In this document: positions 37,401-49,563 of the stretch, in pieces
Layout of the letters: every line of letters starts with the position of its first letter
How positions within the stretch are numbered: the stretch's first letter is position 1
Assembly: GCF_030144855.1 (NCBI RefSeq)
Contig: NC_082714.1
Coordinates: 96,038,001 to 96,102,000, forward strand
DNA from: Hypanus sabinus
Lineage: Eukaryota
Length of the DNA: 64,000 bases
Direction of reading: 5' to 3'
The notes under the pieces: model-generated
What the model was told of the DNA's origin: nothing
The model's input: only the letters and a program-made list of their open reading frames with translations
Database searches by the model: none
Made by a program: the position numbers and the translations under genes

Positions 37401-38312
37401 TATAAAAATCTTGAAAAGTGTTATGGATTTCTTTATGATCAGTAGTTAAATTACCGTCTTGTTTACGAATTTTAATAATTTGTCGCTTAGTCGAAATAGC
37501 TTTTAATTGTTTAGCTAACAATTTACCAGTTCGATCACTATGAATATAAAATTGAGCCCTGGTCTTGATTAATTGATTCTCAATTGAAGAAGATAATAAT
37601 AAGCTATGTTCCATTTGAAGCTCAACTCTCTTCTTATAAAGTTCTTTGGTAGGAGTAACGGAGTAAATCTTATCAATTTCTTTAATTTTATCTACCAATA
37701 AAGCTATATCTAAATATCTTTGTTTTCTTTTACCAACGGAATATGAGATAATTTGTCCACGGATAAAAGCCTTGAAGGAGTCCCAAAGTATTCCTCCGTC
37801 AATCTCTTCGGTATAGTTTGTTGAAAAAATAAGTCAATTCGTTGTTTTATGAAAGTAATAAATTCTGGATCTTGAAGCAAAGTAGCGTTGAGTCTCCAAG
37901 ATCTAATATTAATGGAAGGGTCCGAGATCTTGATAGATAGCTTCAAAGGTGCATGATCCGAAATGGCAATAGAATCGTATTTACAATCAGTAACATCTGT
38001 TAATAAACGATGATCAATAAGGAAATAATCAATTCTAGAATAACTATGATATACATGTGAAAAAAATGAAAATTCTTTATCTTTAGGGTTCAGAAACCGC
38101 CATATTTCAGTAATTCCCGAATCGACCATAAAAGAATTAATAAGTAAAGCTGATCTATTCGGAAGAGTTCGAATAGGTTTAGATCTATCCATCGAAGGAT
38201 TCAAACAACAATTAAAATCTCCACCCATTATCAACATATATTCATTTAGATTAGGAAGGGAAGTAAATAAACGTTTAAAAAATTCAGGGCAGTCAAAATT
38301 TGGAGCATAAAT
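34490..38312 (-). mobile_element. Young 5'-truncated L1-clade LINE with perfect target-site duplication
   Basis: AAGGAAAAGTGTTTTA at 34474-34489 and 38313-38328; T-rich tail at 34491-34512. ORF2 starts at the IYAPN endonuclease motif and runs through RT to the Cys-rich C-terminus. Confidence 0.95.
34871..38312 (-). pseudogene. L1 ORF2 (EN partial, RT, C-terminal CCHC) in a few long frames
   Basis: ORFs 37710-38561, 36061-37698 and 34871-35701 with GGDFN, SDHAP, KAPGPDG, YRPISLLN, DAEKAFD, GTRQGCPLSP, YADD, CDRC and HMFWSC. Confidence 0.93.
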
Positions 38313-38840
38313 AAGGAAAAGTGTTTTAACATTGACGGAAGAAGTAGAAACTGGAATCCAGCAAAAAGATTCAATAAACTGATGAAGGAGAGAAAAATGC
38401 CAGTTGAAAGGAGCAGGAAGCATCAGAAGAAACAGAAGAAGTTTACGTAGGTATGTTAAGTAGAAGAGGAAAATGGGGAGGGGTGGGGGAAACGATATCG
38501 CTTGAAAGCACGTCCTGAGACCGGAAACACTGAAACAGTGAAATGGCGGAGATATAAACAAATGATCTGAGTTTGCTTTCCCGGAAACAGTAGACAGGAA
38601 ACCGTCCCAGAAACGTTCAACGGCAGAGCAGTACTTGGGAAAAAGTAGAAATGCTGTTTTTTATAGAAATATCTGGCACTGAAAAACAATAAATGACCAT
38701 CAGCTGACGACATTCTGCACAAAGTTCTGTAAGCGATGTTGCAATAGATCCGTCTCGGTCCTGCAAATTGAAAATGTTTACACAGTTAAGCTCACAGTTT
38801 AGAAGAGGGAGTGGAAAGTGAGTGACAGAAAAAGGGAGAT

Positions 38841-38843
<3 letters not shown>

Positions 38844-38871
<28 letters not shown>
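38844..38871. repeat. (GA)n microsatellite
   Basis: Direct inspection. Confidence 0.95.
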
Positions 38872-38876
<5 letters not shown>

Positions 38877-40139
38877 ATTTTACCTCAGCACTACGGCAGA
38901 AATCAATATGCTTATCACTACTGGAGTGCTGACATGGCATCTCGGAGAGTGAATTACAAAGCAACAGACGCTGCTCTAGAATTCTCAGAGTCAAATTACA
39001 TCTCATAAATCTGCTTGGTTCCTAACATAGAATACACACAGTTAAGTGTGTGAACCAGAAGATATGGTGCATGAGCAGATGGATTTGTTGGACTTCAATA
39101 AATATGAAGGAGTTTTGTGGTCTTCTTATTGTTATATCAGACGATAAGATGCAAGAATAGATTAGCGCAATCGCCCCATCAAGTGTCCTCCGTCATTCCA
39201 TCGTTAATTTCCTCAATCACATTCTCCTGCCCTCTCCCTGTAACCTTGAACAATGAATGACTTATCAATCTCTGCCTTCACTGCAGCCAGGGATTCGGCC
39301 TCCATGTCCCTATATGCCTACAACATCCTCATATTCATTAACCTCTGGCTGATTTAGCGAATATATATCTAACCGGCGTCTCAATCAAATGTCACATATT
39401 CGAAGTAAATATCCACCCTTTCAGAACAGAAATGGTCAGAACAAACATTTGTTCGCAATGTTATTGAAGGACGGAGAAGAGGCAAGTACCGAATTGCACA
39501 AATGCGTTTGTATTTAAATACAAATTGCGCACAGAAACAATAACGGATGATAGCAGATTAAGCAAAATTATTTTAGCGGTGGCTGAGAGAGATAGAGAGA
39601 AAGGGGGGCGAGGGAGAGGAAGAAAGCGAGAGGTAGAAAAATTAAGAAAAACAGAGAGGAGGCCTGAGAAAGAGAGGGGAAAGGGGTGAAGGTAGAGAGG
39701 AAAAAAGAGAGTTGATCTCAGTAGGCGGCAATCCGGCATATTCACCGGTAAAGCGCTAATGCAATGCTAACGGGCTAACAAGGTACTTGAGACGCAGCGA
39801 TACAATAGGCCTGAACTGGTGCGCTTTATGAAAGTAACAACATGTGTGACGATTCAGGTTGAGTCACAAAAAACACAGTAAAATAGGTGGGAACTAGTGA
39901 ATGTCTTGCATAAGCAGAAGATTGTATTAGAATTTATCATATGCTAAAGAGGAAAACAACATGTTGAGGTCTTGCTCCAATTATATCAGACAATAGGATA
40001 CAGGACTGGAATTTGACCATTTGCCCCACCCGAACTTCTGTGCCATATAATCATTTATTTATTGTTGATTTCCATTTCAACCCTATTCTTCTGCCTTCTC
40101 GGTCTCCCTTAACCCCATTCATCCTCAATAAGCTGCCAT

Positions 40140-40275
40140 TCAGGCCATGCTCTTTTATCGCTGCTGCCACCAGGCAGGAGGTATAGGAGCCTTAGATCTC
40201 ACAGCATCAGGTTCAGGAACAGCTATTACCCTGCAACCATCAGGTACCTGAATCAACGTGGATAACTTCACTGAC
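40140..40275 (+). mobile_element. LINE 3' fragment (Rex1/Babar-like)
   Basis: CAGGCCATGCTCTTTT..CAGGAGGTATAGGAGC..CAGGTTCAGGAACAGCTATTACCC. Recognised by eye. Confidence 0.5.
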
Positions 40276-43200
40276 TTCAAATCTGAAATGGATATCTCAA
40301 GGTAACATTAAAGTGACATACATGCTCTTCCATAATAAATGTACTTTGACGTTAACTTTGATAAGAACTGGTGTGTATCACGAAAAGACAGCCACCATTC
40401 ACCATGTTCTCTGTATTATTTATTTTCTAATGTGTTAATTATCACTTTAATACTTCTTGCTGTTCACAATTTATACCACATGTTTTAATGAGGGAGCTAC
40501 GTGTGAAGTCCCGAGGTGTGGTGACGCAAACTTATTTGATTTTTGGGGTGTTTCGGACAGGTTAGAGTTGATACAGATGGATTAGGTGAGCCCACGGAGG
40601 TACAACATGCGGTTAAACATTAGATCATCTATTTTTGAAGATACAGTAGCATTGTGTAATACTAATTAATAGTGAGGGATTGGGTCTGGAAAAACCTTGA
40701 GTCTATTTCTATTTAGGCTTTCTCCTGGTCGGGGTCGACCATAGATGTCTCATCTTAGTTATCTAAGTTGTATACACAAGCCAGGGCAGTATGATACGGA
40801 GAGCAAGTTATTGCCCATGCAGCAGGCTCCCCTTCTCTACGCACCCTATACAGTTTGGCATCAGTGGCGTCGCGGGATTTGCCAGTCAGCGTTGAGCTCA
40901 ACATAGGACTGACTGAGGGACTCCAGTTTCAGATATTTCCTCAGGGTTTACTCCCGAAGTCTACCCCATGAGTGGGTATTGCCGCAAGGCAGTTGAAGGT
41001 TGAGTTCAAAGGTTTCCTTCTCGCCGAAGCTACTGGGTTTAAGGTGCCAGTAAGACGCCTCTACTTTTTTCATGATCAATAGTGAGGGATTGGATTAATG
41101 GATGATTGTAATACCTTGTTAGTTGAAACGGCTATGGCGCACTTAGCAGTTAAAACCCACTTGAATCTAAACTTGGTGGTCAGGGGCTATTTGACACGTA
41201 CGCCATTAAGACCATTTCATAGGTAGTGGGAGCTCCCCTTGCCCTCAAGACCCAACATACCCCAATAACCACCAGATTGTGACAAATTTAAGAACGCCTG
41301 TGCTTGTATAAGGATCTCTGAACGTTAATCCGTAGGTACAATAAAGCAAGCGATAGAGAGAAGTTTACATTAGCGTGTGCTCATGTATATTTGAGCATTA
41401 AACAATGATGTCCGCTTCTTCTTCAGCCCATCTCTCCTGCTAGGGCAAAGGCTGCCCACAGTAGCACGCCAGAGTCCTGGGTCCTGAGCCGAACGTTGAT
41501 GCGGTTTCTTTCACTTTCACCACACCATAAGTCTTCTAGGCCAAAACCCTCTCTCTCCCAGGAATGAGGATTTTGCAGCTTCTGTTGACGTTTCTGTAGC
41601 TTTGGGTTTTTACGGGATGGGTTTGCTAGACCTTCCTCCTTTCGCAGATGGGCTTGCGACTGTCCATGGCGGATGTCTTGCTGCAATAATAAAGGGAGCT
41701 GGTATGATGAGAATTGGAATACCGTGCGAGGGTCGGATCTTCCGGATAAGATATGTGAAATCACTGATGCAGCGAATATATCAATGGTTAATACGGTCGA
41801 TGTCAATGTATCAAAATAAAACTTATGCCATTCCGGACCGAAATCAGAAAGAAGTTTGTATTCTTTCTGTAAACTGGATAATCAAGACGCTAAGTATCAA
41901 GAATGGATTTGAGGTATATTTAGATACAAGAGGAATTGATACATGTGGATTCAGTGCAGGAAGGCAGAACCCAGGGAATTTATTACCTGCAGTGTTATTC
42001 AATGACAGCGGAGGCGCGATGGTCCAGTGACCGAAAGTCTCAGCAACTGTCCTTAATCGTTTTGTAATGGCTCACACTGCAGGTCCAAAGCCCCAACGGT
42101 TCTTTGGGTGATGATCGTGGGCCAATACAGGACTTGTTAGAGCTGCGGACTTCCATGTTAAAAACGAGTATGCCATCCCGCAGCAGATCCTAGGAGCGTT
42201 TTACTTACGTCAGGTTATGCATTTTTTTGCCATTAGATACCCGTCCTTACACAACACATTCAAGGCTCTATCACTCATGCCCTCAGTATTATTAATTAAT
42301 TTATGCTTTGAATTTCCATATTTTCTTTCTTTTCCTGATTGTTGGTTTGTGTATATTTTTTCATTGATTTTATTCTATTGCTTTTGTTCTATTCTATATT
42401 TACCTACAGGAAATGAATCTAAAAGTAGTATATGGTCGCATACCTAGTTTATAATAAATGTGCTTAGAACCTGCTACTTTGAATCGTCTGTGATATATTG
42501 TCATTTATTTTGTTCCAGTATAGTTTGTGGCCAATAGTCCTTGACATTGGAGGATTGAGCAATGGTTTCGGTCTTTACATGGCGCGGTCGGATTTTCCAT
42601 TTTGGCGTTTCAGAAAGCAATTGCCCAAAAATTTTAATAAGAATATTTATTGTCATTGATGAGGGAGGATCGACGAGAATGCTTTCCAGATGGATGCCTG
42701 CTGTGATATCTGGGGCTGGTGGTGTGTTGATTGTACCGCTGACATGCTCTTTGTCTGATCATTGACCCTAAAATCTGGGGTGGATTCAAATTTCACCCAG
42801 GCCCGCACTTCGGCTGCTATTGACACACGACATGGCAACATGGACCACAAGAGTGGTCTTCAACCATCAGACTCTTGAACCAGCATGGATAACTTCACTC
42901 ATAATCAAAACTGAACTGATTCTGCAACCTATGGGCTCACTTTCAAGGACTCTGCAACTCCTGTCCTCAATATGACTTATCCATCAGTCTATCAACTTGT
43001 CTATCTACCTATCTCTTGGTAATAAAACCTGAGGTACAGGCATAGCCAAACATGCTCGTTTGTTAATTACTTGGAATTTCCGGACTATTCTGTGCTGTCT
43101 AGTATCGTGGCTTTCTGAAGATTTATGTAGATATTGCTGTGTTGCTCTAATTGTTTAATGTTATTGTGTAGTGCCCTTGGGATTACACCATTTGTAGATA

Positions 43201-44165
43201 TTACCATCGACAATGTACACCTTTTTCATGTTCCAACGTCTTTCAATTTCCTCTTTTAATAATAATTATTATATTTATTACTATTTCCTCAGTTTGTCTG
43301 TTGAGCGTTGATAACTTGGCACTCTTTGTGTGTAGATTCAATTGCATTTTTGTTGTCCTCACTTTCAAAGAATATGCAATCAAGTTCACATTATTTTATA
43401 TATATGTATTTATTCATAATGAATATTATTATTTGCTTTTCTGTTTTCGCAGTCTGTTTCCTTGTGCACACTGAAAGCTTGTCAGTCTTTCTGCGTAGAT
43501 TTTCTATTGTATGTCATTGTTCTACTGTGAATGCCCGCAAGAAAATGAATCTCGAGATAGTATATGATAATAAATTTACTTCGAACATAATCTTTATCAT
43601 GAGTCGATTGGGAATTATGAATTTTAGCGATCTTTATTTAAATCCCGACAGAAAAGGAAACTAACAGCATGTTTATGCATGGTTTTCCAAACACAGGAAC
43701 TGTGCCAATACATTCGCAAGTCTGCTTTGAAGACGGTTACAAGGATTTTATGCAATGACTAAGCTTGGTCGTTCGCTGAGGCAGACATTAGCTGCTACAT
43801 GTTGCTCAATGCAGCCGTCAATCGAACGTCTAAAATCATGTCCCAAGCCATTCCCATTTCCTAGATATTGATCAGACCGGATTGCTTTGGATCTTTGATA
43901 TAACATAGTTAAATAAAAATATTTTGAAAGTAGGGGGTTAATATTTTAACGATTATGAGATTCGCAAGCAGTGGATTCCAGAGAACAGGTGGTCAGTCTC
44001 CCCCCCCCCCCCCATCCTGTCTCTGCCCCTCTCATTCATTAACATCCCCGGTTAATAACGAGCCCGGAGTGTCCAGTTTGCAGACACTAGAACCGGAGCC
44101 ACTCCTGGAGTTTGCACAACAGCACACGGTTCAGTTGGATGTTAGGACGCTCACTGACTGAAGGA

Positions 44166-44214
44166 ATGTCGCCAGTTCTGCATCTCCTGTGGGCTCTAAT
44201 GGTCCATTTACCAG
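44166..44214 (+). CDS. IgL leader exon (MSPVLHLLWALMVHLP-G)
   Basis: ATG at 44166, hydrophobic signal peptide, donor G|GTGAGA, 147-nt intron to the TTATTGCAG acceptor. Confidence 0.85.
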
Positions 44215-44361
44215 GTGAGAGGCGGGTTTGTTAACGCACGAATTATCGCCAAAGAAATTTTCGTTGAAACTTTGAAAGCCGGTTTTCCGCGAGTTTTCAG
44301 CGATCGATAACACTTCTGATGGCTGCAAGTCACTTGGTAGTTCTATTCTGTCTTATTGCAG

Positions 44362-44711
44362 GTATCCTGGGGTCAATCAAACCCCAATGTCCGGTCCTTT
44401 CTCCGCGGGACAGACTGCCCGCTTAGAGTGCCGAATACAGAATGGAAACGTTGGAAGTTACAGTGCTGCGTGGGACCGACATCGTCCCGAGAGGAGACCG
44501 GAGGGAGTAATATATCATGACTCAAGCAATACCATTTACAGAGGACCCGGCATCACTGAACGTTTCCAACCGTCCAGAGACACCTCCTCCAACAGTCACA
44601 TCCTGACCATCGGCAACATGGAGACCGGCGACTCGGCCGTTTATTACTGCAGAGTGTGGGAGAGTAACATAGGTTGGGTCTACGGGCCGGGGACGATCCT
44701 GGAGATAAAGA
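44362..44711 (+). CDS. IgL germline-joined VJ exon
   Basis: VNQTPMSGPFSAGQTARLEC..GNVGSY..W..ITERFQPSRDTSSNSHILTI..DSAVYYC-RVWESNIGWV-YGPGTILEIK; donor A|GTAAGT at 44712; no heptamer or nonamer between V and J. Confidence 0.95.
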
Positions 44712-45777
44712 GTAAGTAATCGTCTCGATTTATATCAAATTACGCTTCTGAAGAAATCCCCATTTCAATCATGCAGCTAGCTGGCTCTACACTGTCGGAA
44801 GTATAGACCTGTCTCTTCAAGGCAGAATCCGCACACTCAGCTCGGCATGACAGGTTATTCAAATGCTCGGGACAACGCTATTATTCAATGTGTGAATTAC
44901 TTCGACATTTGAATCATCCCACAAGAGGAAGCAGCAGGTCATCACTCGAAAGTTCCGTCTTTTAACAAGTTAATTCCTTTCTCATATTCTTCAACCCGCC
45001 AATTTATGCCCCGCTCCCAACCCAAAATAGAGATTAATCGTGCAACCCACTGCTAACTGGCATGATCCGCTATAAGTCAACACTGTCGCAGTTTGTGACA
45101 GAGAAACGCGTCAGTATTCTCAAATACAATGAAGGATAATAACAGACACTGAAGCTGTCAGACAGGAAAAACGCTCATCTCTCTGACTCTTTCTGTATCG
45201 TCGCCACTTCGTGTTCCCTTATTACACAGCGAGATATCGATATCTACATTGCCACTCCAATCTCGGGGTGCTGCCGACTATCAACAGCTTAAGCTGAAAT
45301 ATCCATAACCACATAATAGTTGGAATTTAGATTTGGGGATTTGTAGGTGTCATCCCCGTGCTACCCACACCCGCCCCCTCCCCCGGCTCAGGTACCTCCC
45401 CCAGCAAAGAGAACAACAGCAGGACGGCGTCAACAGCGTGTAAATAAATGGATTGCGAGCGGTGTGTACAGTTTTGCTCAGACCTGGTGTTTCGTCTGCG
45501 AGAGCGACGGGTACCGAGAAAAAAATCTGAGTAACACACATATCTAACTGTAACCTCGCGAGGGCGCAGTCCCAGACCTGAGGGGTGGGCGATAATTCCA
45601 TGACAGCGTCAGTCGATGGGTCGAATTCTCTACCCAACTTTTCTCTGATTGTCTGTATCCTTAGTGCATTGTGACCCTATTTTGAGGGGAGTTCGGTCAG
45701 TGGGTGGAGCTGTTTAGGAAATGCAAACATTAATGATGATATTTTCCTCCTCCTCCCACCACCTTTCTCACACACAG

Positions 45778-46106
45778 GTAGCGAGAGCAGAAAGCCCTCG
45801 GTCCTCCTGCTCCCTCCCTCCTCGGAGCAGACCGGTTCGGGTTCTGCCACTCTTTCCTGCCTCGAGAGCGGCTTTAAGCCTGGATTGGTCGCGCTGCGCT
45901 GGAGCGTGGTTGGCGTGGAGACGGAGAGCGGGGTGACGACAGGTGCCGTGTCCCTGGACACCGACCAGACCTACAGACTGAGCAGTTACCTGCGGGTACC
46001 CACCGCTGCCTGGAACAAGGGCTCGAGCTATTCCTGCAGCGTGAGCCACAGCTCGCTGAGCTCGCCGCTGCGCAACACCATCTCTTCACCCGCCTGTGCG
46101 CAGTGA
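45778..46106 (+). CDS. IgL constant (C1) exon
   Basis: Acceptor CACACAG. SESRKPSVLLLPPSSEQ..ATLSCL..W..SGVTTG..DQTYRLSSYLRVP..WNKGSSYSCSVSH..ISSPACAQ*, with the penultimate-region Cys for the heavy-chain bond. Confidence 0.95.
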
Positions 46107-46222
46107 GGCCCCGCCGGGTGGCAGCTCACGAACGCAGTGAAACCCGCACTGGGGCTGTGCAGCCGCCTTCTGCAATGTAATTCTGCCGTAAATGTCAGTT
46201 TCTGGGAACTAAGAATATGTTT

Positions 46223-46228
46223 AATAAA
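46223..46228 (+). terminator. Polyadenylation signal AATAAA of the IgL gene
   Basis: AATAAA 117 nt after the stop, followed by GT/T-rich sequence. Confidence 0.65.
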
Positions 46229-46366
46229 TTCGGAGATGAATGTTTTGATCGCCCATCGTTGGCGACGCATAATCCTTTGTAGAATATTTTCTCACTGTGC
46301 TGTTTGAAATTTTGTTGTTTGTAGAGTGGGGAGAGATTCACCAGGAGACGATGTCCGTATTGTGAT

Positions 46367-46855
46367 TGAATTTTGTCATACAGCATTTAATAAAGAGGCA
46401 ACTCAGTGGCGTGTTCACAGTGGATCTCATTACTCGGCTATTCTCTGTGCATCGAATGAATTAGTAGCGAATAACAGGACCAGCTTGAACTACCAGACAT
46501 AGACTTACAGTCAAATCAGCTCAAACGGCTTATCCGCCCTTGCTTAGTGATGCCGATCTCTGTGTACTCCGCCTTCAAGGATCAATAATCAACGTTATTC
46601 ACCGTATACAGTTCAATGCATTAGGAATTTGCTCTGCTGTGTTGGCGTGACATGAAACAGGGCATTCAAGAATTATAAGGAATAATTGTATAAAATTAAA
46701 TTTAGAAATTATATTCATTGTGTGGAATAAAGTGTGCACAAATACATAAATAGCAGCATCTATGTACAATGTCGGCAACATTAAAAAACGAGGTTTAACG
46801 TACTTAGTGCAGTGCACACACTGAATGATTGATAGAGGTGTGGGGTTTACGACAA
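46367..46855 (+). repeat. IgL 3' flank copy B (paralogous to 1-468 and 4517-4540)
   Basis: See the feature at 1-468. Confidence 0.85.
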
Positions 46856-48097
46856 ATGGTTGATCAGATTAATAGCCCAGGGAAGTTACACAAACAAACT
46901 GCTGGAGGAAATCACCAGGTCTGGCAGGATCTATGGAAAGCTCTCGGCTCGAAACGTCGACTGTTTATTCCTTTCCACAGATGCTCCGAATTTTCAACAT
47001 CTGCAGAATCATTTAAATGCTTGGGGGAGGAATTTTTTAATATTGTTAAGATGGCGTGAACTGTTTCTTCTGATAGCCCGATAACGTTCTCCATAACGTG
47101 TTTTTTTTAAAAAAAAGGTAGCATGAAAATGTGCGTAGTGTCTGCAATGGTTTTTCATGCCAGTTTCTTTGTCCTGGACACATGCAAATTCTCCAGTGAT
47201 GGTGGACTGTACTAATTGCCTTACTAAATGCCTTACTATTGTACTAAGTGCCTTACTAATTATCCAGGTTTACCCTGGAAAACAGAGGATGCTCCCTATA
47301 GCGGAAGCGTCTAGGACTCAGAATAGAGAGGCTTCCATTTAGAACACAGATGGAAACACAGAAACATAGAAAAACTACAGCTCAATACAGGCCCTTCGGC
47401 CCACAAGACTGTGCCGATCATGTCCCTACCCTAGAAATTACTAGACCTACATATATCCCTCTATTCTTCTAAGCTTCATGTACCTGTCCAAGGAGCCCCT
47501 TAAAAGACCCAATCGTACCCGCCTCCACCACCGTCGCCGGCAGCCTATTCCATGCACTCACCACTCTCTGCATAAAAAAAACTTACTCCCGACATCTCCT
47601 CTGTACCTACTTCAAGCACCTTAAAACTATATCCTCTCGTGCCAGCCATTTCAGACCTGCGGGAAAGCCTCTGACGATCCACAAGATCAATGCTTTTTAT
47701 TGTCCTGTACTCCTCTATCAGGTCACCTCTCATCCTCCGTCGCTACAAGGAAAAGAGGCGGTGATCACTTTAACCTATTCTTATAAGGCATTCTCCCCAA
47801 TCCAGGCAACATCCTTGTGAATCTCCACTGAACTCTTTCTACGGTTTCCACATCCTTCCTGTAGTGAAGCGAACAGAACTGAGCACAGCACTACAAGTGG
47901 GGTCTGACCAGGGTCCTATATAGCTGCATCATTACTTCTGGGTTCCTAAATCCAATCCCACGATTGATGAAGGCCAATGCACCTTATGCTTTCTTAACCA
48001 CAGAGTCAACTTTCGCAGCAGCTTTGAGTGTCCTATGGACTCAAACTCCAAGATCCCTCTGATCCTCCACACTGCAGAATGGTAAGAGTCTTACCAT

Positions 48098-48951
48098 TGT
48101 TACGAACCCCGTAACTGGGTCACTTACCAGCAAAGATAGAGAGGTCCGTTGAAGTCTGATGGTACTATTTTTAACAGTATTTATTAGTAAAAATACACAA
48201 AAATAATATCAATGCAAACATACAGATAATATAAGTCGTCAATACTAAATCTAAAAGTGCGGGTATAATAATAATCAATAAGAAATAGCTCTATCGTTGT
48301 CTAGGGGTTAATGTATTGTCCGATGGAAATATAAAAGTCACTCAGTTCATTCAGGCTGCAGCCTTTGGTTGGAGTCAAGAGAGAGATTTTTAGAAACTTG
48401 CCAGCTTTTCCTTTTTTATGATTTCGATCCTTCGAGAGTTCCGCTGGTGTGGCCGGTTACTTGTGGCCTCTCCTTTAGCTAAGCCGTTCTTCCGTGGTAA
48501 GGCCCCAATTCCCAGGCAAAAGGAAAGGACACACGCGAGCCCCCCACCGGCTGTCACTATTAAACGCTGTCACGGGATTTCTAGCGTTTCTCCTGGTGCG
48601 TCTAAAGGGGCTGTTCCCCAGACCCTCTTTTATCCTTACTCACGGGGTCTCAGATGTCAGTCAGGTTGGGATGATGCAATCCCTCAACCAGCCCACTCTG
48701 GTCATCCTCTGAGGGCTTTAATGAATAGTACAGTACTCAATACACAATTCCGTCTCCAAGAGGCAATAGCCGTTATCCATGGTTTTGTCTTGCTGAGGCC
48801 AGGACACATTCCAAACCCTGTGTATTCTGGACGTCTCTCTCTCTCATTTCCTGCGTCCCAGACCTGAATTAATAGCGATCTTGCGATTCTCACAAAGGAG
48901 TGGGCGACTTTGTACCTTTCGACCCCTCAGAGTGGTGGCACATTCGTAACA
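48098..48951 (-). mobile_element. Solo LTR (854 bp)
   Basis: Termini TGTTACGAA..TTCGTAACA (9-bp perfect IR), 4-bp TSD CCAT at 48094-48097 and 48952-48955, minus-strand AATAAA at about 48180-48185. Confidence 0.92.
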
Positions 48952-49059
48952 CCATTAATACTATATTCTGCCATTATATTTGACCGAACAAAATGAACTA
49001 CTTCACACTTATCTGGGTTGGACTCCATCTGCCACTTCTTAGCCCAGTTTTGCATCCTA

Positions 49060-49563
49060 GTGCAAAAGAAGGTGGTGCAGAGGTTTACAAGGCTGTTGCT
49101 GGGTCTTGAGAAACTGAGTTACAGAGAAAGGTTGAATAGGTTAGGACTTTATTCCCTGGAGCGTATAAGACTGAGAGGAGACTTGACAGAGGTATAGAAA
49201 ATTATGATGGGTATAGATAGTATGAAGGCAAGCAGACTTTTTCCGCTGAGGCTAGAGGAGAAAAAAAAAACAGAGGATATGGGTTAAGGTGAAGGGGTGA
49301 AAGTTTGAAGGGAACATGGGGGGGGGGAAGCTTCTTCACACAGAGAGTGGTGGGAATGTGGAATGAGCTGCCATATGAAGTGGAAAATGCGGGCTCAGTT
49401 TTAACATTTAAGGAAAACTTGTACAGGTACATGGATGAGAGTTGTATGGAGGGATATGGGCCGGGTGTAGGTCAGTGGGACTAGGCAGAAAAATGGTCGG
49501 CACAGCCAAGAAGGGCAAAAAGGCCTGTTTCTGTGCTGTAATGTTCTATGGTCCTATGTTTCT
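49060..49563 (+). mobile_element. CR1 3' fragment nested in an opposite-strand CR1
   Basis: RT C-terminus plus TTCTATG tail; same family as the 3' end of 23400-27384. Confidence 0.85.

Larger units (their letters stand above)
44166..46106 (+). pseudogene. Immunoglobulin light-chain cluster, sigma-cart (type I/NS5) kind, germline-joined VJ; L-V frameshift
   Basis: Leader exon, joined VJ exon and C exon, all with canonical phase-1 splice sites. The spliced leader reads into a stop at 44424-44426. Confidence 0.88.

Noticed and set aside
38340-38460. Lys/Glu-rich stretch ending at a GTATGT donor-like site
   Set aside because: In-frame stops, no recognisable domain and no clear acceptor.
38520-38605. 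Cluster of GGAA/GAAA (ETS/IRF-like) motifs
   Set aside because: Spacing does not fit ISRE or EICE consensus, and there is no associated gene start.
41423-42030. Overlapping 127-aa and 142-aa ORFs
   Set aside because: No domain signature; partly old LINE-tail sequence.
43955-44125. Octamer-like sites (ATTCGCAA, GTTTGCAG, GTTTGCAC) in the IgL promoter
   Set aside because: All are 6/8 matches to ATTTGCAT, too weak to call.
44319-44372. Apparent intronless leader MAASHLVVLFCLIAGILG directly upstream of V
   Set aside because: It is the pyrimidine tract of the L-V intron. A better leader exon with a consensus phase-1 donor exists at 44166-44214. Both readings are out of frame with V anyway.
46416-46422. 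CACAGTG heptamer conserved in both 3' flanks (also at 50-56)
   Set aside because: No nonamer at 12 or 23 spacing in either copy.
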